A stretch of 64,000 nt of DNA from Blepharisma stoltei ATCC 30299 (taxonomy: Eukaryota; Protista; Ciliophora), in the NCBI GenBank assembly GCA_965603825.1, contig CBFDEM010000062.1:186001-250000 (forward strand). The letters run 5' to 3'. How positions within the stretch are numbered: the stretch's first letter is position 1; each line of letters opens with the position of its first letter. Both the position numbers and the translations under genes were made by a program. Below are positions 47,577 through 58,476 of the stretch, piece after piece. The notes beneath the pieces are model-generated. The model was not told the DNA's origin and ran no database searches. It saw nothing but the letters and a program-made list of their open reading frames with translations.

Positions 47577-48458
47577 ATGGAGGAAGAAAAGTCAAAGGCA
47601 GCAAAAACACTGCCAGCTCAGCTGACTAGCATAATGATTGCTAACGCATTGGATTCGCCAGCAGCCCACACTTCTTTTGGGAAATTGCCATTAGCCGATG
47701 AAAAATCAGCTCCTGTTTTCAGTTTTGGTACCGGAACCCGTGATCAGTTACAGAAAGTTTTTTATTCTGAAGAGCTCAACGGTCAACCTTGCAAGAATGG
47801 CCCAGGTCCGAAATATGAAGTTAAAGACAACGTCAATTTTAAAACTTTACCTAATTTTTCATTTGGCAAAGATAAAAGAGTTACTTTAGGAAAATCCCAG
47901 CATTATTATCATTATGATATCCAGGATACATTTACTGACCCAATTAAATCAAAAATATATACTAAAACCTCTTATGGCAATACAAAATTTGGGACTGAGT
48001 CAAGGATGCCTCCTCCAGAAATTCAAGGAACTCCTGGACCACAGTATTATCCTCCCCTAAGACCAGAAGTAAAAACTGCTCCAAAATACACCCTAGGTGC
48101 AAGAAGAGTAAATCCTAATGGCTCAGTTTTGCAAAATCAAGTTTCGACACCTGGCATTGTAGGGCCAGGAAGATATGCGCCTGAAAGCTCTTCATATACG
48201 AGTGTTCATAAAGATCCTCCTACATGGACATTTGGAAATTCAGAAAAAATAGGAAAAACTGCGAAGTCAGTCACGAGGCATCAAACTTATGATACTCATA
48301 GTGTAGCTTGTGGTCCTCAAATTTCATCGAAAAAGAAGAGCGCCCCAAATCCCAAGATTGGAACTGCATCTCGAGACCAAGTAGCAAAACTTGGAACTTT
48401 CAAAGATATGATGGCCACGCAGCCTATGAAGGTTCGCCTTCCTCATCCATCATTTTAA
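47577..48458 (+). CDS. PGP-repeat (SHIPPO/ODF3-like) ciliary/microtubule-associated protein
   Basis: Repeated GPGPKY, TPGPQY, VGPGRY motifs alternating with FSFG/YTLG. Confidence 0.8.
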   Translation: MEEEKSKAAKTLPAQLTSIMIANALDSPAAHTSFGKLPLADEKSAPVFSFGTGTRDQLQKVFYSEELNGQPCKNGPGPKYEVKDNVNFKTLPNFSFGKDKRVTLGKSQHYYHYDIQDTFTDPIKSKIYTKTSYGNTKFGTESRMPPPEIQGTPGPQYYPPLRPEVKTAPKYTLGARRVNPNGSVLQNQVSTPGIVGPGRYAPESSSYTSVHKDPPTWTFGNSEKIGKTAKSVTRHQTYDTHSVACGPQISSKKKSAPNPKIGTASRDQVAKLGTFKDMMATQPMKVRLPHPSF

Positions 48459-48636
48459 GATAATAATGAAGATTTAATATATAAAATTGGAAATTGTTGA
48501 GAAATTATAGATAATGATGACCTATAAAGTAATTAATAAAATAATTTTTTATTTATATTGATCTAATGAGAAAATCTAGAATTTTTATTTATTCTTATAA
48601 AATCATATTCCCTTTTAATATAAATTATTGCATAAA

Positions 48637-48963
48637 ATGATCGATTTCGTAATCAGATTTGGCCCTTGGATTGCCTTCATTTTGGTGATGATCTGGATTG
48701 TTTCGACAAATTTATATCCTCGATATCAAAACTACAGAAGAAATCAGCAACTGCTTGATGAAATTGATGACAAATATGAAAATTTGAGGAAGATGAGAGC
48801 TGATCTTATATACCACATAGATTGGGCAATTGATAGAGGAGAAACCAGGCAGGCTAGAGAGCTAGAAACTGAACTTGAAAGAATTGATAAAGAACTTGAA
48901 GAACTAAGAGATAGATATCATGCAATAGAAAAAGGCAAAGGGAGTTCCAACAAGATCATATAA
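48637..48963 (+). CDS. Small single-pass membrane protein with coiled coil (108 aa)
   Basis: N-terminal hydrophobic helix WIAFILVMIWIV followed by a charged helix. Confidence 0.75.
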   Translation: MIDFVIRFGPWIAFILVMIWIVSTNLYPRYQNYRRNQQLLDEIDDKYENLRKMRADLIYHIDWAIDRGETRQARELETELERIDKELEELRDRYHAIEKGKGSSNKII

Positions 48964-49118
48964 AAATAAAGCAAATTTCCAAGATTAAGAAAATTAATAA
49001 ATCTTCAACAAATATAATGATTTTAGTTTATTATTAGATATAATATTTATAATTAACTTCGCTATTTTTAAATTATTAAAATTATTAGAAATTTGAATTA
49101 AATTAATTAAAGAATACC

Positions 49119-49808
49119 CTAGATTTTCCTTAATAATGCGAGCCTAATTGAGCTACAATTATGAACTGATCTCACAAATTCATCATTATATTGAAACTCA
49201 AATCTTGACTGTAATCCTTCTAAGTATGGATTAATAGTATGAGAAACTCTGAATTTGTAAGTCATTATCACTTGAGTTTTTTCTGAACACAGATAATGCA
49301 GTGTGTTACAAAAATCATTTGCAAGTGACTAATAATCAATTACTGGCAAATAAAATAAATCAGAAAACACTATATAATCATATTCTCTTGCTTTCAGAAT
49401 TTCTCTTTGCTCTTCATTTCTTCAATCAAGCTCACTTACCAAATATGACCCTGTGAATAATTCTTTATTTTCTTCTAAATTTTGCTCGGATAATTTCAGC
49501 CCTGGCATAATATCAGTTGTATATACTTCTCCTCCTCCAATGCAAGCAACAATCGAAGGCAAGGCAGTCCCAGCTCCTAATTCAAGTACTTTTTTCCCTC
49601 TAAAATCGATATCCTTTATAAACCTCGACACAACATACGAGGCATCCCAAAGTTGTCCACATATTCCTAATTTCCAATCCTGATTAATCCTAATAATCCT
49701 TTCACCCAAATCATCAAGCAGCAGCACAGGATCATGAACATACCTCACATCATAAAATTCCGTCAGGCTGGTATCATCTTGTCCCATATGAACTATCTTC
49801 CCTTCCAT
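49119..49808 (-). CDS. Methyltransferase-16 family (METTL21/23-like) protein lysine methyltransferase, 224 aa; intron 49329-49343
   Basis: GQLWDASYV, VLELGAGTALP, SELD(W=TGA 49422), DYIVFSDLFY. Confidence 0.88.
49329..49343 (-). other. 15-nt intron GTAATTGATTATTAG (T rather than A at position 10)
   Basis: GT..AG with in-frame TAG; downstream frame continues the methyltransferase fold. Confidence 0.72.
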
Positions 49809-49835
49809 TTATCTTTTCCAAGTTGAACAATAAAT

Positions 49836-50810
49836 ATGAACATAGCTGTTCTTGGAAGCAAGCGAGTAGGAAAATCCTCAATTTTAAAAGTAGTTTTTCA
49901 GAAAATGTCCCCCAATGAGACTTTATTCATCGAAAGCACAACGAGAGTTGATGAAGTGAAAATCCAAAACAATCCATACACTAGATGCACAATTCTTGAT
50001 TTCCCAGGGACCTTTGAGATTTCCCAGATGACGTCTCTAGAGAGAAGGTTTCTGCAGGACTCTGCCATGATCATATATGTTCTAGATGCCCAGGATGAGC
50101 CATATAATAAGTCACTGGAAAAGCTAGTAAGTTTGATGAGCGAAGTTTATAGTTTTAATCCCCACTGCAAAATAGAGGTGTTTTGTCACAAAATTGATGG
50201 GGATATGTTTGTAAATGATGATGTAAAGCTGGGAGTACTTAATGAAGTCTCAGAAATTGTAAGGTTTGATACAACTGAAAGAAAGCTGCCAGAGCCAAGC
50301 TTTCATTTGACTAGCATTTATGATTTGAGCATTTTTGAAGCTATGAGCAAGTGCATACAGAAAATAACCCCAGGAGTCGGGCACATGCAAAACTTGTTAG
50401 ATATTTTGATGAGCCACTGCAGAATTGATAAAGTTTATGTGTTTGATGTAATTAGCAAGCTTTATATTGCCACAGATTCGACACCGGTGGATTTGATTTC
50501 GTATGAACTGTGCTCAGATATGATTGATGTGGTTATTGATGTGTCGTGCATTTATGGAGTAGGAGAAGACGAAAACTTCAATAATGCGTTTGATGGAAAA
50601 AGCACGTCAGTTATTAGACTAGATACAGGGCTAACACTTTACTTAAGGGAAGTGGAGCATTTATTAGCACTTGTGTGCTTGGTGAAAGATGATAACTTTG
50701 AAAGACATCATCTGATAGACTATAATATAGATAGATTTAAAGAAGGGGCGAAGAAAATTTTAGATGCCAGGGAAAAGTGGGTGAAGGAGCAAGAAGAGGT
50801 TAAAGGCTAA
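49836..50810 (+). CDS. RRAGC: Ras-related GTP-binding protein RagC/D (Gtr2)
   Basis: GSKRVGKSSILKVVFQKMSPNETLFIEST, DFPG, HKIDG, TSIYD, YELCSDMIDVVIDVSCIYG. Confidence 0.93.
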   Translation: MNIAVLGSKRVGKSSILKVVFQKMSPNETLFIESTTRVDEVKIQNNPYTRCTILDFPGTFEISQMTSLERRFLQDSAMIIYVLDAQDEPYNKSLEKLVSLMSEVYSFNPHCKIEVFCHKIDGDMFVNDDVKLGVLNEVSEIVRFDTTERKLPEPSFHLTSIYDLSIFEAMSKCIQKITPGVGHMQNLLDILMSHCRIDKVYVFDVISKLYIATDSTPVDLISYELCSDMIDVVIDVSCIYGVGEDENFNNAFDGKSTSVIRLDTGLTLYLREVEHLLALVCLVKDDNFERHHLIDYNIDRFKEGAKKILDAREKWVKEQEEVKG

Positions 50811-51068
50811 TTACAAATTAATAAGATTTATAAAATAAAGAAATTAAATTAATAAAGAGTGCAGTATAAATTCTATAGCAATATTAAATTTTTATTAAAG
50901 AAATTTTTATTTTTTAATATTAAATATTTAAAGTAAAGAACTTTAATTGTGATAAAAATTGCATTTGAGTGAACTAAAGGTTGAGTTCTTTAATTGAGGA
51001 TTATTTAAAAATTGATTATAAAAGATGGTGTCATTAGATTCCTCTAAAATTCAATTTTAAGTATAAAT

Positions 51069-51464
51069 ATGTCTTCCTTAAACGAAATTCGCCCGTTTGT
51101 TTGTTCGATATGTCAAGCCAAGTTCAAGAATAAGCAATTCCTTCAAAGGCACATGATTTCTCATACTTCTCTCAGAAGTTTTATATGTGATATTTGTGGT
51201 AAAACTTATAAATACAAAAAAGGGTTAAACAGGCACATACAAAAAGTCCACACAGAAATGTGGGAATCAATGAAACAGCAGCACCCTCGGAAAAGATGCA
51301 ACACTTTTGATGTTGGCCACTTTTTATCTCTTGAAGAGGACTCTTCATACAAGATAGACGAAGCACTTGAAAATCAAGTTTTTAAAGAGGTCTCAGTCAA
51401 TGAGAATGTCAATATAGAAGATGCAACTTGTAGAGTTATTTTTACATCCCCATTCCCTGCTTAA
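51069..51464 (+). CDS. C2H2 zinc-finger protein (2 fingers)
   Basis: CSICQAKFKNKQFLQRHMISH and CDICGKTYKYKKGLNRHIQKVH. Confidence 0.9.
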   Translation: MSSLNEIRPFVCSICQAKFKNKQFLQRHMISHTSLRSFICDICGKTYKYKKGLNRHIQKVHTEMWESMKQQHPRKRCNTFDVGHFLSLEEDSSYKIDEALENQVFKEVSVNENVNIEDATCRVIFTSPFPA

Positions 51465-51819
51465 TATTACTTAATTAATTCTAATAAAGGTATCCATAAA
51501 TCTGATATTTTTAAAACTTTAATTTTAAATAAAATTGAGCACTTACAATTTTAAACTTGTAGTGTTCAGATTGGCGGAATTTTTGGCTCAGTTGGCAAAT
51601 TAAATACAAAAATGTCTTGCAAGTTTCCAACACGCCATATGCTAGCAGATAACTTGCATTTAGATAAAACTTTGTGGAATTGAAATAAAGCAAAGACGAA
51701 AGAGATATCGGATTTTAAATGCAAATTGAGCTTAATAATAATTTTGGCTTTGATAGTGAGATATCGACTATTTTATAAAAAAAATTGAAAAAGATAATAT
51801 AAAAGTAATATGAAATAGA

Positions 51820-52341
51820 TTAAAGCGATTTTTTTAGCTCGCTACTCTTTTTTAATTTCAATTGCTCGCTATTTCTCGCCGAATCACGATTTCTTCTTTT
51901 ACGAAAATATTTTTTAGTAGGAGTCCCAAAAGATTCTTTCGATTTGAGAGTAAATTGTTTTGTGCTTTGAGTTTTCAAAAGCTCAAAGCTTGTTCTTGAC
52001 GCAAATGTTGAGAAGATTTTGGGATTATCAAAATATTCTCTCAATGGGATTGGATATTTTTCGTTATCCTTAGAAAAGGCAACAGAAAACCTGTCATTTC
52101 AGCCTTTTTCTAAAGATCTTGAGGCTGGTCTCCAAACTGTTGAAGTTCTTGGAATTCTATGTGATAGTTTATCAAGCGTCGATCTTAAGTTAGGAGTTTC
52201 ATACAGCTTTTGCTGTGTAGGTGTACAGAGTCTGACTAATTTTCCTTTGGAAGGTTTATCAAAATATTGCCTGAAAAAATCATGACTACATTGATTATCT
52301 TTGCTTGGGATCACAAAAAAGCGATCGTTCCACCTTTTCAT
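51820..52341 (-). CDS. Hypothetical 173-aa protein with a duplicated WNDRF..SKDN..R.YFD.P motif
   Basis: Two ORFs joined by TGA 52099; internal repeat aligns TGG with TGA. Confidence 0.8.
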
Positions 52342-52442
52342 TGATTTTTTTAACCTATTATTTCAAACACTAATTTAAATTTTCCTCAAATTCAAAACAA
52401 TCTCTTAAAGTACTTTATTTTAGAATGATAGACTATTCCATC

Positions 52443-52946
52443 TTATAAAATAATATCATCCTCCTCCTCATCTTCATCCCAGCCGCTATCTTCAACAACT
52501 TTGAATTCTTTTCTTACATCATATATATATCCAGGATCCCCTGGCCGTAGCGCATTCTGTTTAAAAACGGTATCCATTTGCTGCTTATGGAGCAAAACTT
52601 CTTCAGGTGTCAGTTTATTCAAATCAATTTCGTCCTTTGTAGGAGATCCTGAATTTCTGCTGGGTCGTCGAGGATTCTCATTTTCTAGTTTTTGTTGGAG
52701 GTGGCGAATGAGGTCTACGATTTGGTCGTCAGAGATTTTGGCTGGGGGGAGATACATGCTATGCTTCTTTCTGAGCTTTTGAATCCAATCTCGAGGGTTA
52801 TCTTGGGGCTGGAGCTCACGTAATCTCATCTTGTGATGGTAGAGCTTTCCAGTGGAGGGAACTAGGTATTCTAACACTATTGTGGGAGGCTCATATTTTA
52901 GTCCGAATCGTTTCGGAAGGAAGTCGGGAAAGATATCTAAAGACAT
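52443..52946 (-). CDS. CEP19: Centrosomal protein CEP19 homolog
   Basis: PKRFGLKYEPPTIVLEY...GKLYHHKM; DLNKL...KQQMDTVFKQNALRPGDPGYIYDVRKEF...SGWD. Confidence 0.88.
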   Translation of the reverse strand: MSLDIFPDFLPKRFGLKYEPPTIVLEYLVPSTGKLYHHKMRLRELQPQDNPRDWIQKLRKKHSMYLPPAKISDDQIVDLIRHLQQKLENENPRRPSRNSGSPTKDEIDLNKLTPEEVLLHKQQMDTVFKQNALRPGDPGYIYDVRKEFKVVEDSGWDEDEEEDDIIL

Positions 52947-53078
52947 GATTCTAGAATTTAAATATTGTATACTCCCAAATAATCTATAACTGAATACTAA
53001 TAAGCTCTTTCTGCTATTAACTTTAAGAGCAAGATCGCCAGCCTAGCCTAAAATCAATATGCAAATATATAGTTAATA

Positions 53079-54554
53079 TTAAAACTTATCAAGAAGAAAC
53101 TCAGTGAACTCGCTAAGATCAATTTGGCCATCTCCGTTTTTATCTGCTTCTTTTAATAATTCTTTCCAAATTTCAATATCCAGATTGTCACTACTCGCAA
53201 GCCAATTCATCAATTCATCTACAGAAAGCATTCCATTTTTATCTATATCAAAAATTGAAAAGGCTAGATACAAATTTGTTCTGGACAGCAAAATATTTTT
53301 ATCAATGGACGCTTTGAGGTATTCTGTATATTGTATGTATCCATCCATATCAGCGTCAACTTGCTTTATGATTTTTTCTACTTGACATGCAGCCTTATCA
53401 TATGACATTCGCCTTTGCAGATGATCAATTAGGTCTTCGCGCCCTATTTTCCCATCTCCGTCCTTGTCAATAACAGAAAAAATTTGTCTGATTTCTTTGA
53501 AATCTTTATTATTGATTATTTGTGCAGCAATAAAAGACATGATTGTGTCTCTTAGCTTGAGTGTGTTAGAAAACTGCTTTAAATTTTCCAATATATGATC
53601 CAAAGTCCCTATATCAACAGTTTCATAGCTAATATGAGAAGTTATTCAAGGGTGACTTAAAGCTTCGCTTGCAGAAATTCGTTCTGCTTGAGGAACAAGC
53701 ATTTTTTTAATCAGATCAAGCGCTTCAGGAGAAGTTTCTTGGAAAATTGGTAAGTCTGTGTTATATTCTCCTATTTTAATTCTTTCTATTATTTTATCGT
53801 CTGTTTTTCCTGGAAATGGTGGTCTTCCAGTCAGCAATATATACATAATTACACCGCAGCTCCATATATCACATTTTTCGCTATATTTTCCAGTAAAAAC
53901 TTCAGGAGCCATATAAAAAATTGTCCCAACCATCCCTTCCATTAATTCATTCTCTTTTAGTTTTACAGCTGTCCCAAAGTCTCCTATTTTCAGTTGGAAG
54001 CTTTTTCCTCTTTCTTCAATCATTATATTTTCAGGCTTTAAGTCTCTATGTACGATGCCTAAACCATGACAAAATGAGACAACTGAAAAAAGCTGCCTCA
54101 TGATTTCTGCAGCTTGCGTTTCGCTGAACCTTGATAATTTAGAAATTTTCTTGAAAAGTTCTCCTCCTTCACAATATTCCATGACTAAATAGTAGTTTTC
54201 ATCGTCTTCAAAGAAATCGTATATTCTGATAATATTGGGATGGTCTAGTAATTTAAGAATTTCTGTTTCCTGAGCCATACTGCCTTCTTGGTTTTCTTCA
54301 GACTCACTGCCTAGTTTTCTGTATATTTTTGCCGCTCTTAGCAAGCCTGAGAGTCGGTGAGTGCAGCGTCTTACCTCTCCAAAACTTCCTTTTCCAATTA
54401 AATTTCCTAGCATATAAAGTTGTTTGAAAGGAATCCCATGAGGCTTAACGAAAGCTCCTGGATGGATCTTTATATCAAGCGCACTTCGAGCTGTAGGAGG
54501 AGCTGAGTTGTTTATAGCCAATTCTTTTGGCTTTGCGGATGGGCAGCAACCCAT
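53079..54554 (-). CDS. Calcium-dependent protein kinase (kinase + 4 EF-hands), 491 aa
   Basis: MGCC start; GKGSFGEV, HRDLKPEN, DFG; ALSHP(W=TGA 53646)I; EF-hands DKDGDGKI, DADMDGYI, DIDKNGML, DKNGDGQI. Confidence 0.93.
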
Positions 54555-54808
54555 TTTGTAATTAATAATTAAAAAAGAGCTTAGGGAATCCAAATTTTTT
54601 TTAGCAGTTTCGCTAATAAATTAAAATATTCCAACTAAAAAATTTATTATTCATCCTGCGGCTTATGTAAAATTCTTATTATAATATTAATGACGTAAAA
54701 CTAAATTAAAGCTTAAAAGACTCTAAACAGAAAATTAAATTTAAATTCATTTTGATTGGATCATAAATAAGATATAATGCTTACAAAAATATAAGATTTA
54801 TACTGATC

Positions 54809-55606
54809 ATGGCCGATCTAAGATTGTTTGATGAAGTCAGTCCAGTGATAGAAGATATCTGTGGAGTTCCAAGGACGTGGGGAATTAAAGGTCTCCTCAG
54901 TAAAGAGGAATGCCAGCTCTTTTTACAAAATGTTGTACATGATGAAGAACTAGATACATCTGCTTACAAAAGGGCAGATGAAGTAGAAATTTTCCCAAAA
55001 CGAATATCTTATCGATATAAAGCGGATCTTGATAATCTGTCGTTGCAATTTTTCGACAGAATCAAGACACTTCTTCCAAACCCACTTGTTTTCAATCAAG
55101 AAGACTCTGAATTAGGGTCATTTTTAGAGGGGTCTTGAAAGTTGTGGGGAGTTAATGAAAGGATTAGCTTTTTGAAATACTTGCCAGGTGGGCAGTTTAC
55201 AAAACATAAAGACGGAATATATTTTAAGAATGAGGACCTTAGAAGCATGATAACTATTTTGATCTATCTTAACGATGATTATGAAGGAGGCAGGACAGTG
55301 CTATACAATGATGAAGAAACTGTTAGGGTCGCCTTCGAGCCAAAAGCAGGAGATGCTTGTGCAATGATGCAAAACGTTATACACGAAGGAGGAGTAGTCG
55401 AGTCAGGAGAAAAACATGCCATTAGGCTTGACATTATTTATGAAAGAGATGCCCCATACGATCCTCAAAAATTTGATAATAATCAACTAGCAATGCAGTA
55501 TTTAAAGATCGCACAAGATTTAGAAAGAGCCCACCAAGCAACTGAGTCAGTAAAGTATTATCAAAGAGCGTTTAGATTAAACCCACATTTGGAGTGGATG
55601 CTTTAA
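54809..55606 (+). CDS. 2OG-Fe(II) oxygenase (prolyl 4-hydroxylase-like) with C-terminal helical tail, 265 aa
   Basis: LLSKEEC, FLKYLPGGQFTKHKD, LIYLNDDYEGGRT, HEG, KHAIRLD; TGA 55136 read-through. Confidence 0.88.
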
Positions 55607-55707
55607 TTAAAAGCTTTTTATATATGCTTCTTGAAAGAGAATAACCTAAAAGTTTTATTTTCTATATTTTATAATTTCATTGCTTGTCAGAGGATATACA
55701 GCAGCAA

Positions 55708-57204
55708 TTAATTAGTAGTTAAATCATTAGAAAAATTGGAAGGAGTCTGATTTCTATAGTGCCGTATCAATTTTGATCTCACTTGAGAATTGCGAGCTGA
55801 ATTAAGAGTAGATTCAGGACTGTATGAGCTTTTGACTATTTTATAATGGTTACTCCCTATGTAAGTTTTACTTAATGGCTTAAGCGGTTGAGTTGGAAGA
55901 AATGTTGTATTTGTGCTAGCTTTGCTTGATGGCAAAATTTTATGCATAATTCTTGAGTATGGAGAAATAGACCGAACTCCATAGCTCCTATCTTCTGAAG
56001 GGGTTTTTGATCGACTTTTATCTTGCTTCACTTTCTGATACTTTTGTAGTAGGTCAATCGGTGTCTTAAGAACATAAGGATTGCTATTTAATTTATCTCT
56101 AATTTTGACTGTATTGCATAATTTTTCCTCTTTATTTACTATATTTTTTAATTTTTCTTTTGGTTCAGTGCTTTTCTTTGACAGTTTTTTCTTATTATAC
56201 AGCAAATAATAGGTAGCTGTAAGATGAGTTTTTTTATTTTTCAATAAAGACTTTTTTAATCCAGTAATATTAAACCCAATCATTCTTAATTGATTAAAAA
56301 TCGTCTCATCAATAGCATCTCTCCCATCATAAGCCTCATCATCATCTAGATTTTCCCCATTAAGCCATTCATGCTTTCTAATTAATTCAATTGTTAATCT
56401 CTCTTTAGGGTCAGCTTTAAGAATATTTCTAATCAAATCTTTTGCTTCAGCGCTAATTCACTTAGGAAAGTAGTATGAATTAGCAACAATTTTTTTATAA
56501 AGAGATGCTACGTTTGTATCATCAAATGGAAGATACCCACACAGCATAACGAAGAGAATCACTCCACAACTTCAAATATCAGCTTTATTTCCATCATATT
56601 CTTTCCCTATTAAAACTTCTGGAGCCAAATATGAAGGACTGCCACATGAAGTTTTTAAAAACTCATCAGATTCATGTTTTCTGCTGAGCCCGAAATCTAC
56701 AATTTTTAAGTTAAAATCATCATCAATAAGGATATTTTTTGGCTTCAAGTCTCGATGAGAAATATTCAATTTGTGCAGCTCTTCGATCCCTCTTAAAATT
56801 TGACAGAAAAATTTCTTAGCTTGAGGCTCAGCAAGTTTTCTGTTTTTAATAATATACTCAAGCAAGTCTCCATTACTGATGTATTCCATTATCAGGTAAA
56901 TCTGCTTGGAGTTCTCAACAGTTTCAAAAAGCTGGCATAAGTTAGGATGCCTTATGTCTTTTAATATTTCGATTTCTCTGGTGATTCTGATCATGTCTTC
57001 GTTATCTGTTATTTTGGATTTATCAAAAATTTTAACAGCTACCTTTTCACCTGTTAAAACATGAGTTCCAAGCTTAACTTTACCAAAATTCCCTTCACCT
57101 ATGGTATCTGATATAATGTAATGGCCGATGTTATGACTTTTACCTGAAGCTGGTCTAATTGCTGTCATATCACTCGAGGCTGGCCTGCAATTTGATCTAC
57201 TCAT
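55708..57204 (-). CDS. SNF1/AMPK/MARK-related (CAMKL) kinase with UBA-like region, 498 aa
   Basis: [39 protein letters not shown](W=TGA 56572)[23 protein letters not shown]. Confidence 0.92.
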
Positions 57205-57452
57205 TTACAAATTAAATATTGAATTTTTATAATAAAAATGAGTGGAACAAAATTCCTACATGTTAAGTAAAAAAATTGTAATTTATTATGCGTATTTGGG
57301 ATAAAGGAAGCATAATTTTTATTAAAATGTCAATAACACAATTTTTTTTCTGCAATAAAATTTAGGGCAATATTATTAAATTCCGCTGCTAAGATGCCAA
57401 TCTATAGCGGCATATAATATCTTTTAAAATGAATATATATTTAATAAATCAA

Positions 57453-58385
57453 ATGAACTGGCTTTTACAATCTCCTATGAGCTGGAGTGAGAACAATGGA
57501 GATCAGGGTGAATTCTTATCTTCTGTGATGTCAACTGCAGAAGCTTTGAACAACATTATTCTTAATGTAAATAACTTGATATACGTTTTGAAAGATTCAG
57601 CAAACTCAACACTGCGCTCAGGTAAAAAATAAATAGATCTCACAAATAGTGAAAATGAGCGTGTTGCAAAGTATATCAATGGAGCATCACAAGCTCTTAA
57701 TCGAATTGCATTAGACTTTTACATGATTTCTCCAAGTTTTAGTTCTCCATCTGCACCTTCAATAGTCAAATCTGAAGATGAAGAAAAGAGTGTCGCTCCA
57801 TTTAAAGATGATTTTGATTATTTGAATAGCCTTAGTGGAATAAATAGCTCGATTGACATAGATTTATATGCTGATCCTGATTGTCTATCGATTGGAGCCA
57901 AATTTGAGACATTAGAAGACGCATTGTATACTTTTCAAAAGTATGCAAATAAGAAAGGATTCAACATCTGCAAAGGAAACAGCAAGCAAAATGTATATCA
58001 AGAATACGCCTGCTCAGCTCGTGGAAAAGCCAGAAAAAGAGAGACAGATCGCAAAAGAAACCGAAAAAGCACGAAAACTATGTGTAAATGCCACATAATT
58101 TTAAGGAAAAAAGAAGATTGCTGGACTGTAACCACAAGCAAGCTTGAACACACTCATAGTTTATTGACTGAAGAGCAAATAAAGATGACAGCGAAAAATC
58201 GCTACATTCCTGACCACATTAAAGCACAAGCAATAGCTCTTTATCAAGCTGGAGAATCCCCTGCTAAAATTCAATATTTCTTAGAAAATGAGTATCAAGA
58301 ATTATGCACTTGGTCCATGAAAGATCTATACAACATGCTTTACCGTCGCCGAGAAACAATCAAAGAAGAGATTTCTTCATACTAA
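57453..58385 (+). CDS. FAR1-type (MULE transposase-derived, WRKY-GCM1 fold) DNA-binding protein, ~305 aa; intron 57622-57636; alternative start at 57429
   Basis: IGAKFETLEDALYTFQKYANKKGF...YACSARG...RKSTKTMCKCHI...WTVTTSKLEHTHSL. Confidence 0.8.
57622..57636 (+). other. 15-nt intron GTAAAAAATAAATAG
   Basis: GT..AG, in-frame TAA; joins two in-frame ORFs. Confidence 0.8.
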
Positions 58386-58476
58386 TCAGCTGATTAACCA
58401 ATTTTCCAACTAAGTAGTGTATCTAAGTAATTGTATTTCCATATGCATTTGTCTGGTCAGCAACATCTTGTAATTA

